From Candidatus Dadabacteria bacterium (GTDB lineage: Bacteria; Desulfobacterota_D; UBA1144; Nemesobacterales; CSP1-2): DNA of 64,000 nucleotides. Of the stretch, positions 21,375 to 31,222 are shown piece by piece. Where the stretch lies: assembly GCA_963805855.1 (NCBI GenBank), contig CAWDVW010000006.1:256001-320000 (forward strand). The letters run 5' to 3'. The position numbers and the translations under genes are program-made. The notes under the pieces are model-generated. The model searched no databases. It saw nothing but the letters and a program-made list of their open reading frames with translations, and was not told the origin of the DNA. Positions within the stretch are counted from its first letter, which is position 1, and every line of letters starts with the position of its first letter.

Positions 21375-21466
21375 GCTGCGCAGGTAGTTAATGAGCAGGG
21401 CCTTCACCACAAAGAGCGTGTTTGGTTTCGTTGGAGATTAAGTTTGCCTAATGACCAATGCTATCC
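21375..21466 (-). pseudogene. Decayed internal fragment of a wecE-like gene
   Basis: Shares 17 nt (tagttaatgagcagggc) with wecE near 17599. Degenerate GSIGH...ETK...CGEG...LINY translation. Confidence 0.5.
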
Positions 21467-21474
21467 ATCTACGC

Positions 21475-22422
21475 TCATTCTAGCTTAGGCTTCTGGTATA
21501 GCTTTCTGATAATGTAAGCAGGCCTACTTTCAATGCCTGCAATTATCCTCGTTAAATACTCACCGGTCACCCCTACTGAAAATAGGATTAGACCATTGGC
21601 AATTAAAACGACTAGAATTAGCGATGTCCAACCCGGAACAGATATATCAAATATTAAACTCCTGAAGATATAAAAAATGCTTAGTACAAGACTGATTACT
21701 GATACACTAATCCCTATAATGGTTATAATTCTTGGGAGGAAGGCAGAATTGTTAATCAATAAATTAGAAAAAGTTTGCAGCCCTTTGCTGAAGGAGTAAT
21801 TTGAATCTCCAAACTTTCGCGTGCCGTGCTCAACGTTAACAGTGGCGATATCCCGTGTGGTGTGCAGAATCAATGACGAAATAATTGGGTAGGGCGTTTT
21901 AATTCTTAACATCGATTTTACGATGGCTGACTTATAAAGCCTGAAGGGCCCCATTTGAATATGAGAGGGTTTACCGAGCAGTTTGTAGTCGAACCAGCCC
22001 TTGGTACTACTGGTAAGCTTCTTGAACCAAGAATGTTGTTTGGTAGCAAAGGCTCCCATAACAACATCATGTTCCTTTCTTTCTATAAATTTTGGTATAT
22101 CCTCTGGGAAATGTTGCAAGTCGTCATCTAGCGTGAAAATGTAATCTCCTTGGGCTTGTTCAAATCCACACATGACGGCACCAGGCTTACCAAAATTTCG
22201 CATCAGTTGAACGATTTTGACGTGATTATATTTATCTGCCAAGCATTTCATGGTCGGCCACGTTTCGGGATTTGGGGAACCATCATCGACCAATATAACC
22301 TCATACGTTTCGTGGACAATGTTACCGAAAACATTATCCAAACGCTCGACCAATTCGACTAACGATGTGGTACTGTTATAAACCGGAATCACCACGGAAT
22401 AGGTAGTTCTATCTAGAGACAT
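21475..22422 (-). CDS. ArnC/GtrB-like polyprenyl-phosphate glycosyltransferase (GT2 with 2 C-terminal TMs)
   Basis: SVVIPVYN, VDDGS, RNFG, LDDDLQH, PGWTSL and GEYL.RI motifs. Confidence 0.88.
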   Translation of the reverse strand: MSLDRTTYSVVIPVYNSTTSLVELVERLDNVFGNIVHETYEVILVDDGSPNPETWPTMKCLADKYNHVKIVQLMRNFGKPGAVMCGFEQAQGDYIFTLDDDLQHFPEDIPKFIERKEHDVVMGAFATKQHSWFKKLTSSTKGWFDYKLLGKPSHIQMGPFRLYKSAIVKSMLRIKTPYPIISSLILHTTRDIATVNVEHGTRKFGDSNYSFSKGLQTFSNLLINNSAFLPRIITIIGISVSVISLVLSIFYIFRSLIFDISVPGWTSLILVVLIANGLILFSVGVTGEYLTRIIAGIESRPAYIIRKLYQKPKLE

Positions 22423-22958
22423 TTCTAGTAGTTCGTAACATGGATTTAATTCTTTGGTAAGTCTTTGGAAAAATGTACTAAAGCATTTGGCTTTCTCCAT
22501 CTAAGTGGGTTTGGATATATCTCAGCCGCTGTATTTCTTCTCGAATTTGACTGGAAGTCCTCGGTTGCTCTCACAACAGGCCCCGCAATGTCAAAATGAT
22601 GAATAGATTTTGTTAGGGAGCATAAAAAGATGACGGGTAAAATAGTTTAGAGCTTAAATTCACGGGTGATTGAGGAGCCTACCTTTTTAATTACAGTGGC
22701 CTTGGCCAATTTCCCTTTTGATCAGCATCCTTGTTTATGTTACGAAATCTCAAACACCTCTGGTGGGAATTGTAATACCTCGCAGTCGAGTATCCTTGTT
22801 AAAAGACCGTAAAATGCACCGCGTCAGTTGTTACACTCAGACTCTGTCATGCAGGTCTTGTTAAGTCGCGACCTTGAAATCATTAGCTGGAGAAGTTTTT
22901 TGTAAAAGTTGCAATACCAGCTTTCTTTTCAGTTTCCGACAAGATTTAAGAAGTAAGC

Positions 22959-23771
22959 TCATAGTGCATTTGCTAAGGCGGGTTTTAGTTTCCTAAAGAT
23001 CAGCCCACCTACTGCAAACGTGACGAGTCCTAGTAACAAGAGGTATAAGAGTCCTTAAATATTTACATTTAAGGTTCCCAAAAATCCTGCACGATAACCT
23101 TCTACGGAATAAAGCATAGGATTCAAACCGAAAAGAAGTTGCAAATTTTCTGGAATGCCATGCCTCGGATAGACTATCGGAGTTAAGAAGAACCAAATAT
23201 TCACAAGCACACCAATGACCTGCCCGATGTCTCGCAGAAAAACGTTGAGTGCAGAGAGCATCCAAGATAATCCGAGAGCAAATATTGCAGTTGTGAGTAA
23301 TATTGGAATGATCAATAGAATTTTTAATGTTATACTATACCCAAAAAACACAAGAAGACCGATAAAAATCACCACACCGATTAAGTGATTGATAATGGCT
23401 GCAATAAGAAGTGTAAAAGGCAATATCTCAGATGGAAATACGGTCTTACTGACCAAGCTCGACTGCTCTAGGACCGCTCCTGGAGATCGAGTTAAGACAT
23501 CCGCGAAAAACATCCAAGGCAGTAGACCGGCTACCAGCCAAACTGCGAAATTGGTTCCACCGTATTCGGGTCCTAATTTTATTTTTAAAATTACAGAAAA
23601 CACAAAATAGTAAATGAGAAGTTGTGTTAGAGGATGAATGATTGACCAGAAAATCCCAAGAAATGATCCAACATACCTTGCACGGATGTCACGGATTGCC
23701 ATGCTCTTTATCATGTAGGAGTTATGATACACCATAACAAGAAAACTAAAGAAATCGTTTATGATTTGCAT
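22959..23771 (-). pseudogene. wzm: Second wzm permease copy with an in-frame TAA at 23055-23057
   Basis: Beyond the stop the frame continues GLLYLLLLGLVTFAVGGLIFRKLKPALANAL*, homologous to the C-terminus of the first wzm. No adjacent wzt. Confidence 0.75.
23221..23706. repeat. Direct repeat copy 2 (shared with 14163-14648)
   Basis: See copy 1; flanking sequence diverges abruptly on both sides. Confidence 0.9.
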
Positions 23772-23884
23772 ATCAAATTTTGATTTCGAGCTTAGCGTTA
23801 GCAATCTTAAGCCTTTTCTTTCGGCAACACTTTGAGCTAATTATAATTCGCTCGTCTAAAAGAAGTACTAAGTATCTTGTGAAA

Positions 23885-24714
23885 TCATGTTTCTAAAGTA
23901 AATTCCTTTAGAGCGTCCTCCCACAATGGCATGATGATACTGACTTTCCTAAGCCGCGCGTTACTTAGTACTGAATAAGAAGGTCTTTGGGCAGCTCTTG
24001 AGATTTCACACGTTTTTATAGGGATAATTTCTGTACCAAAACTACTAAATTTCACGATTTGTTGAGCAAAATCATACCAGGAACAATCTCCCTCTCCGGA
24101 AGCATGATAGATTCCATAATCATCGATGGGGATCAATTTGTTAATGCATTCTGCCAGGTCCCTTGCATAGGTAGGACAGCCTATCTGGTCGTTGACAACT
24201 TTTATTTCTTCCTTAACTTTCGCAAGGTCTAAAATCGTATTAACAAAGTTCTTCTCTGAGTTGCCATAAAGCCAGGACGTCCTAATTACAAAAAATCTGG
24301 AACAGATATCCTTTACAAGATCCTCTCCACTTAATTTTGTTTTTCCGTAGACATTCAATGGATTTGGTGCATCTGTCTCTATATATGGCTCCCTTTTTCG
24401 ACCGTCAAATACATAATCAGTTGACATATAAAATTAGTTTTGCCTTGATTTCTTCGGATGCGGTGGCGACGTTCTCAGTTCCTAAGGAATTTACATCCCA
24501 TGCAAGCTCCGGATTTTCTTCACACCCGTCGACATCGGTATAGGCAGCCGTGTGTATTATGATTTCGGGTTTTAGTTCTATAATCTTTGGTATTATTTCA
24601 GAGTCTGTAATATCTATTTCATTGTGGGTTGGAGTAAGGAGCTCATCCACGTTTAAAACGTTTCTTAGTTCTCTGCCCAAGCTGACCGGTTGCGCCGGTA
24701 ATTAGTATTCTCAT
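23885..24714 (-). CDS. rmlD: dTDP-4-dehydrorhamnose reductase (apparent frameshifts near 24678 and 24425)
   Basis: MRILITGATGQLG, AAYTDVDGCE, STDYVFDG, YGKTK and VNDQIGCPT motifs spread over three frames. Confidence 0.88.
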
Positions 24715-24738
24715 CGTTCGACTGTTTTTCTATCTAAA

Positions 24739-25201
24739 TATTCAGCCACAAAGACACTAAGACACTAAGATTATAGAATAATTCTTTTAATACCATCCTT
24801 AATAAGTGACACGTTAAAATTGATGAGAAAACCGAGACGCTTGCAACTCAATTTTAAATAACTCAGTATTTGTGCTTCCCATACAGGATTCATCTCGTCT
24901 ACCGCTTTCAGTTCACAAATGATCAACTCTTCCACCAAAACGTCTAATCGTAGCCCTTCATCAAACACAATCCCGTCATATACGATCGGGATATCCACCT
25001 GCCTTTGATATGTTAACTCTCGTTTAAATAGCTCGTGGCAGAAACATATTTCATAAACTCTTTCCAACAAGCCCGGCCCTAATTTCTTATGCACAGTATA
25101 CGCGGAATCTACTATTTTCTGAGCAATTGATTCTTCTCTTTCTGATAGAGCTTTAAAATTCATATTCCCCTTTTGTGCCTTTGTGCCTTAGTGGCTGAAT
25201 A
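24739..25201. mobile_element. GxxExxY cassette bounded by imperfect 31-bp inverted repeats with 8-bp periodicity
   Basis: 24739-24769 tattcagccacaaagacactaagacactaag vs reverse complement of 25171-25201 tattcagccactaaggcacaaaggcacaaaa (25/31 identical). Mobility is inferred. Confidence 0.55.
24771..25163 (-). CDS. GxxExxY protein (PD-(D/E)xK-like)
   Basis: LGPGLLERVYE, LDVLVE, ELKAV, AQILSYLK and GFLINFN motifs. Confidence 0.92.
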   Translation of the reverse strand: MNFKALSEREESIAQKIVDSAYTVHKKLGPGLLERVYEICFCHELFKRELTYQRQVDIPIVYDGIVFDEGLRLDVLVEELIICELKAVDEMNPVWEAQILSYLKLSCKRLGFLINFNVSLIKDGIKRIIL

Positions 25202-26191
25202 GACGTATGCCTTCTTATAGTAATCTTTAAACTCCCCCTCTTTAATCCTTCGCCACCACTGTTGGTTTTCTTTATACCACTGTATTGTATATCTCAGTCC
25301 TTCTTCAAAGCCGTATCGTGGTCTAAAGCCAAGATCGTGGATTTTAGTTGGGGTCAGGGAGTATCTTCTATCATGACCCAATCTATCTTTAACAAATTTT
25401 ATTAGACCCTTTGGTTTTCTTAGTTCTTTAACTATGAACTCAGCAATCTCAATATTGGACCTCTCATTGCCTGCACCGATATTGTAAATCTCCCCAGTTT
25501 TTCCCTTATGGAGAGCTAAGTCAATAGCTTCGCAGTCATCAATAACATGAATCCAGTCTCTTACATTTTTCCCATCTCCGTAGAGGGGAAGGGGGAGCTC
25601 ATCAATGCAATTCGTGATAAAAAGCGGAATGAATTTCTCAGGGTATTGATATGGGCCAAAGTTATTGGAGCTCCTTGTAATTATGATTGGAAGCTTATAT
25701 GTAGCCCAGTAGGATTGAGCCAGTAGGTCGCCGCTCGCCTTAGAGGCGGAATATGGATTGCTTGGGTTTAGGGGATCAGATTCTTTAAAGGATCCTAATT
25801 CAGTACTTCCGTAAACTTCATCTGTGGAAACCTGAATGTAGCGATGATGTTTGTATTTATTTGCCACTTCTAACAAAAGATAGGTTCCATATACATTGGC
25901 CTGAATGAAACTCTCAGGGTCAACTATCGACCTGTCCACATGGGTTTCTGCAGCAAAGTTAACTATAACGTCAGCTTGCTTAGCTAGCGTTTCCACAAGG
26001 GATGAGTCACAGATGTCACCTCTTACAAATGTATACCGGGGGTTTCCATCGATATCTTTCAGGTTCTCGAGTTTCCCTGCATATGTCAATTTGTCGAGGT
26101 TAATGACTTCGTAATTATCGTACTTTTGCAAAATGTGGCGTATAAAATTACTACCGATGAAACCGGCTCCTCCGGTAACCAACAGTTTCAT
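25160..26191 (-). CDS. rmlB: dTDP-glucose 4,6-dehydratase
   Basis: GGAGFIGSN, AAETHVDRSI, STDEVYG, YSASK and GHDRRY motifs. Confidence 0.96.
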   Translation of the reverse strand: MKLLVTGGAGFIGSNFIRHILQKYDNYEVINLDKLTYAGKLENLKDIDGNPRYTFVRGDICDSSLVETLAKQADVIVNFAAETHVDRSIVDPESFIQANVYGTYLLLEVANKYKHHRYIQVSTDEVYGSTELGSFKESDPLNPSNPYSASKASGDLLAQSYWATYKLPIIITRSSNNFGPYQYPEKFIPLFITNCIDELPLPLYGDGKNVRDWIHVIDDCEAIDLALHKGKTGEIYNIGAGNERSNIEIAEFIVKELRKPKGLIKFVKDRLGHDRRYSLTPTKIHDLGFRPRYGFEEGLRYTIQWYKENQQWWRRIKEGEFKDYYKKAYVYSATKAQRHKRGI

Positions 26192-26192
26192 T

Positions 26193-26672
26193 TCACCCTC
26201 CGTTTACTACATACGATGGCCAACTATAGGGAATTTCTTTACTGTTCCATGAAAACCTATATTCATCTGGATCATCATAGCGGTATAATTGAGTGGGAAT
26301 GTTAAGAATTCTTGCCTCATCACAATCTACAGTGGTAAAACCATGTACCACGTGAGGGGGTATCTTGAGAAGCTTTGATTCGTTTTCATCACAAGATGGA
26401 GCCCTCAGAATGAACTCCTCGACCACATTAAATGTTGGAGAATTTTTTCTAATATCATAAAGTACGACCAGAGCAGTGCCGTGCAAGCACGCAAAGTGAT
26501 CGGATTGTTCTTTGTGATAGTGCCATGCCTTTGCTATTCCTCTTTTACAGCTAGTTATATACAGCTGACCAAATCTCTCAAAGATTGGATCGTCTGACCG
26601 AAGGATTTCCATCAGAAAACCTCTTTCATCAGGAATGGCCTTGAGATTTTTTACTTCTACACCCTGAATCAT
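26193..26672 (-). CDS. rmlC: dTDP-4-dehydrorhamnose 3,5-epimerase family
   Basis: DERGFLME, KAWHYH, DIRKNSPTF and IPPHVVHGF motifs. Confidence 0.88.
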   Translation of the reverse strand: MIQGVEVKNLKAIPDERGFLMEILRSDDPIFERFGQLYITSCKRGIAKAWHYHKEQSDHFACLHGTALVVLYDIRKNSPTFNVVEEFILRAPSCDENESKLLKIPPHVVHGFTTVDCDEARILNIPTQLYRYDDPDEYRFSWNSKEIPYSWPSYVVNGG

Positions 26673-26780
26673 TTCTTGATCTTATTAAGTTCGACGTACC
26701 AGTATAATTGTAACGGAATTCTTTAGGATTCCATTCGTGGAGGTCTAAAGACCTCCGCTACATTTAGTTTTCCACTCACG

Positions 26781-27873
26781 TTAGGTTAGCTCTATGGTGC
26801 TTTGATCACCCAGAATGAACTTATGAGTTTTTGGCTTGTCAGTATTGTTATAAATCCTGACCTCTCGCCCTATCAGACTCTTTTCAATTCTCGAGTTGGT
26901 ATCACTGATCTTTGAATTTTCAAGAACTATACTATATTCAATCTCACTATTTTTAATCGTACATCCATAATAAATTGAAGTGAAGGGCCCTATATAACTT
27001 CTTTCAATCAATGTATTTTCACCCACTATTGCAGGACCCCTTATTGTGCTCTTGATTACCTTGGCGCCCTCTTGGATAATTACCTTTCCTGATATGTCGG
27101 AGCTGCTGTCCACATGACCCATGATCTTGGGTTCGCCACTTGGAATAATGTTATCCAGAATAAGTCTGTTTGCCTCTAACAAATCCTCAGGTTTTCCTGT
27201 GTCTTTCCACCAACCTGTCACCTCGCAGTATCCGACCCGAAAACCATTATCAATTAAATACTGATGCGCATCGGAGATCTCGAGTTCGCCCCTTTTACTC
27301 GGCGTAATATTGTTTACTGCTTCAAATATCGAGCGATCGTAAATATAAATTCCGGTCACTGCAAAGGGACTTTTAGGATTTTTTGGCTTCTCTATAACTC
27401 TGATTACTCTCCCATCTTCAATGTCCGCAACTCCAAATCTTTGAGGTTCCCTAACTTTTGCCAGCACTAGCTGGCAATTATTCTTATTCCTGATAAACTC
27501 GTCGATGAATCCCTTGATTCCTCCGAGCAGGATGTTATCTCCCAAGTAAAACACGAAGGGCGAATCCCTTATAAAATCTTCGGATATTTTAATAACATGA
27601 GCGAGGCCAAGTGGAGCCTTTTGATCAATATAGGCGAAATTTGCGCCCCACTTCTTCCCATCTCCCAATGCCTCTTTAATTTCTTTTCCCGCATGCGAGC
27701 TTGATCAAAATTCCGATATCATTAATCCCCGCTTGAATTACTGATTCTATAGCGTAGTAAATCATCGGTTTGTTTGCTATAGGGATCAAGTGTTTATTAC
27801 TTGTGTGAGTGAGGGGTCTTAACCTCGATCCATGGCCCCCGCTTGTAATTAATGCTTTCATATCGTTTGCCAT
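26781..27873 (-). CDS. rmlA: Glucose-1-phosphate thymidylyltransferase, long form (frameshift near 27690)
   Basis: GGHGSRLRPLT...KHLIPIANKP, YLGDN, EKP, RGELEI and WWKDTG motifs plus C-terminal beta-helix; two ORFs join. Confidence 0.9.
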
Positions 27874-27935
27874 AGCTTATCTCAGACTAATGGTCATATA
27901 GTTTGTAATAATGTTCACAGGTTTTAGTCGGGCTT

Positions 27936-27989
27936 GGATTCATGATTCATGATACAGGATGCATGACACATGATACAGGGGCATGATTC
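27936..27989. repeat. Solo 7-bp-period array (same family and orientation as the 13641-13690 arm)
   Basis: ggattcatgattcatgatacaggatgcatgacacatgatacaggggcatgattc. Confidence 0.75.
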
Positions 27990-28411
27990 CACAAAAAGGT
28001 GGTTTTATACAGCTTCGCCATCTCACTTACATGAATCGATAGATAAAAAAAGTTATTTATTAAAACTATAGCCCAATAACTATTGAGAATGCTGTGAAAT
28101 TTTTGCAACCCAATCAGCAGGGCATAATTACAACGCAGTAAGGCTTAATACCCTGATCGATTACATTTCTTTTATTATTCAATCGTTTAATCCTCAGATT
28201 TACGATATTTCGATCTTGAGAGATTCATCTGCATGACTCTGTGGATAGTTCCAAACTCAATAAGTTTTCATGTATCAACTACACCCCACCTTAATACCAA
28301 CTTAAACCGGATCATGATTAGCTTTCCAGCTTGAATTAGCTCCATTTCTGCTTGTTATCTAATATTGCTCCACCTATCTTTCTTGAAGCCAAGAATTGAT
28401 CGACAAACTTC

Positions 28412-28443
28412 AAAAAACAAAAGTATTGCCTGTACTTTCGCCT
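28412..28443 (-). terminator. Possible intrinsic terminator, candidate riboswitch expression platform
   Basis: Minus strand AGGCGAAAGUA-caggcaa-UACUUUUGUUU stem with G-U pairs, running into a U tract about 30 nt after the aptamer. The stem is weak. Confidence 0.4.
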
Positions 28444-28475
28444 ATTAAATCTTGTTTAACTGGCCTCTCGATCAA

Positions 28476-28566
28476 ACTTCGGCAACCAGGCTACCATAGG
28501 TTGAGGACTCAACCCTTAGGTCATTGGCTTTGCGCTCCATTCTTTCGAATGGTTAGCCTTTTCGGA
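28476..28566 (-). ncRNA. Cyclic-di-GMP-I (GEMM-I) riboswitch
   Basis: Minus strand AAGGCUAACCAUUCGAAAGAAUGGAGCGCAAAGCC...CCUAAGGGUUGAG-UC-CUCAACCUAUGGUAGCCUGGUUGCCGAA matches the GEMM consensus (GAAA-tetraloop P2, GCAAAGCC, tetraloop receptor). Confidence 0.9.
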
Positions 28567-28583
28567 GCATTAAATCTCAATAA

Positions 28584-28612
28584 AGTATAGGCGTCACTAT
28601 TTTTGAAGTCAA
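28584..28612 (-). promoter_or_regulatory. Sigma70 promoter for the riboswitch and polysaccharide operon
   Basis: TTGACT-17 bp-TATACT on the minus strand, directly upstream of the aptamer. Confidence 0.75.
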
Positions 28613-28724
28613 TTCGACAAAAATATCAACCATCTCTAACTCTTTTCAGAGTCGTTTGTGAAGTAGTGTTTTGGCAAATTCTGGTTACAAGTATCCAATC
28701 AAAATTTTGAATATTGTCTTTTAT

Positions 28725-28753
28725 TTGACACGCCATGTGATATTAAATAAAAT
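28725..28753 (+). promoter_or_regulatory. Sigma70 promoter of tRNA-fMet
   Basis: TTGACA-17 bp-TAAAAT, 15 nt before the tRNA. Confidence 0.7.
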
Positions 28754-28768
28754 TATTTTGATAATTGA

Positions 28769-28845
<77 letters not shown>

Positions 28846-29208
28846 AATTTCCCCTGAATGCATTACAGATATTGGTTTGTTGCCTTGTTGCAACACGTAA
28901 GTTCACTTAATTATTTATTGTGAGATTTTTAGCAACTTCCCCATAGGGGTAGGTCACCCCATCATTGACAGTCAACTCTGCCGTCATTGCTTTGCGTCGC
29001 TAGTTAAATATGACAGACCGCTGATTTTACTGTTGACATTCGGTGCTTAACTTGCAGAATGTTCGTGATCTGGTAACAGCTCTTGATATACTCACTCAAA
29101 AAATATAATATATGTCAGTCCGGTAGTAAATCCTGCCTTATATTGTCACAAAGCAAACAAGTTTTAATTGTTGAATTGATAAGTTGCATGTGGTAATGGT
29201 AAAAATTC

Positions 29209-30391
29209 ATGGAGCTTAGTGATTACATAGATCTTAAATACGAGCCTTCGGACAGTATCGTTCTAAGATATCATTCAAGAAATTCGCTCGGATTTACCGA
29301 AGAAGAGCTTTTAAAGGGTTGTGTAAAAGAAGGGGAGAGAGTTTTTCATCTCGTAAATTATAAAGACTGCGAAATTTATATTCTAGATGAAACATCCCTG
29401 ATGCATTCCAACACATTTCACTCTTTAGACGGATCGTTAATTGGGAGCCTATGTAAAAAACATGGGCATAATATTGTAGTAGTTCCCAGTGGAGGAAATT
29501 TGGGAACAGCAATCACTTTATATTTAAAAAATTCTGATGCAAAAGTCTTCGTTTTTACACCCTACCATTGTCTTTGCAATTTGCCCGATTACGTATTCCA
29601 AAGGAAAGGAGCACATCTTATAGCTGTTCGCGGAGATAGAAACAAGATGGCTGCAATTGAATTTTCCAAACGGCTTACGGAAGCGTATGCCCTATCATTT
29701 GATCCTTTCGTGATGAAAAAAGAGTATCGAGCCGCTGCGTCAATTCCTAGGGGCTACTTCATTGCTGAGTATATGGTCAAAAACAATATTCTTTTCGATT
29801 GGATATCACAAACAATCTCTGCGGCATTTGGACCCATAGGTATTTATCAAGCTTTCGATCACTTATTGGCAGAAAAGTTCCTTGATACGATCCCTAGATT
29901 TCTGGCAGTACAACAAGAAGAAAACGCCCCGATGTTCCAAAAGATAAAAGGGATCAATTTATCATCTCATGACGGTCTATTGCTTCCCAATCTTTACGAC
30001 AGAACACCTGAAACTTACGGAACATATGATAAATTAAAAGAGATTATGATAAGAACACATGGTGATATATGCACCATTAATAGAGATGAATATCATCGCT
30101 GCCTCAATCGTGACTTTGATGGAAAAACTATGCTGAATTTATTTGACGAACAACGGCGTTGATATGACTAGAAATCATGATGAAATATCAGAAAAGACAG
30201 GGCTCTTGTCCTTGATGGGTGTTTTAAAGAGCATTGACAATGGTATTATTGAGCCGGGAGAGAAGGTTCTTGTTTGTTTTACAGGGGGCGTAAAGAAACA
30301 AGGAGAACCGGCCATACCCGAACTCGTTATCTCTGAAAGTGACGATCTGGACGAAGTAATAACAAGATATATAACCAGCTTAAGTATTTGA
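29209..30391 (+). CDS. Threonine-synthase-like PLP fold-type-II protein (frameshift near 30150)
   Basis: PSGGNLGTA, PRFLAVQQE and EKVLVCFTGG motifs; ORFs 29209..30162 and 30143..30391 join. Confidence 0.65.
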
Positions 30392-30455
30392 ATTAGGGTT
30401 TAATTAGCGAATTTAATATTCCAAGAATAATAAATTTCCCAGAAATTTGCTCATT

Positions 30456-31080
30456 CGTCATCCTCGAATGTTACCCCCCGCCCAAGCTACATGCGGAGAC
30501 GAGTTTAAATCGGGAATTCAGTCGTTTAATTTTTTTTCTTTGTCTTGATACAAAGAAACAAAAATCAAGGGCTGACAAAAAACGCTTGCGTATCGAGCGA
30601 ATGCGAGATATCTATTGCTATAATTAATTAGTTCTCTCAGTCACTATGTTCCTTCGAGATGACAGTAATGATTGTCACTTTTTTTAACGCTTCCGGAATT
30701 GATTTTGGTAATTTTTTGAATGCCCATTTAGAATCTGAAACACTGTCCCCGAATTGTGTAATATCTACGATTGCGAGAAACCCTTGCCCTAATTTCATCG
30801 AGCGATCGAAAGGTTTGTCCTCAGTGCCGTCGAGCGACTGCTTCTTTTTATCTGTGCTGAACGATTGCCTGAAGAAAATCGGGAACGAAGACGTAAAGAA
30901 AAAATTTGCGGGTTGTGATTGGACAAGTTGTCCTGTTGTTATGTCATCCCTGAGGATAGTTATCGTGAATCCGGGGATAAAGAATATGGATTCCCTATTA
31001 AGGCGTTAGGGAATGACAACAAGGGGCAGCCTTGTCCCGAGTCTGCCTTGAGCTTGTCGAAAGGCGGTGCCGAAGGGTCG
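30456..31080. repeat. Cluster of REP-like palindromic elements between convergent genes, including a TGTCAT...GGAATGACAAC element at 30942-31020
   Basis: Short hairpins of several types; the 30942-31020 element resembles those at 45184 and 57679. Confidence 0.6.
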
Positions 31081-31222
31081 CTTCTTTGTATCAAGACGAA
31101 GAGGTTAGAAAAAAAGATGATTCAAGAGAATAATTCTAAAAATCTTGCCCCCTGAAACATCTGGCTCTTATAGTGACATCTGGGGTTTCATTTTTTTCTG
31201 GAAATTAAATAACATTGCAGTC

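Noticed and set aside
22423-22500. N-terminal extension of the GT2 ORF faintly resembling WecE (EK....S.FF)
   Set aside because: Similarity too weak to call; start placed at 22422 instead.
28396-28590. 64-aa ORF
   Set aside because: Antisense to the riboswitch; no protein features.
30659-31155. Two short + strand ORFs
   Set aside because: They run through palindromic repeat elements and have no recognisable motifs.
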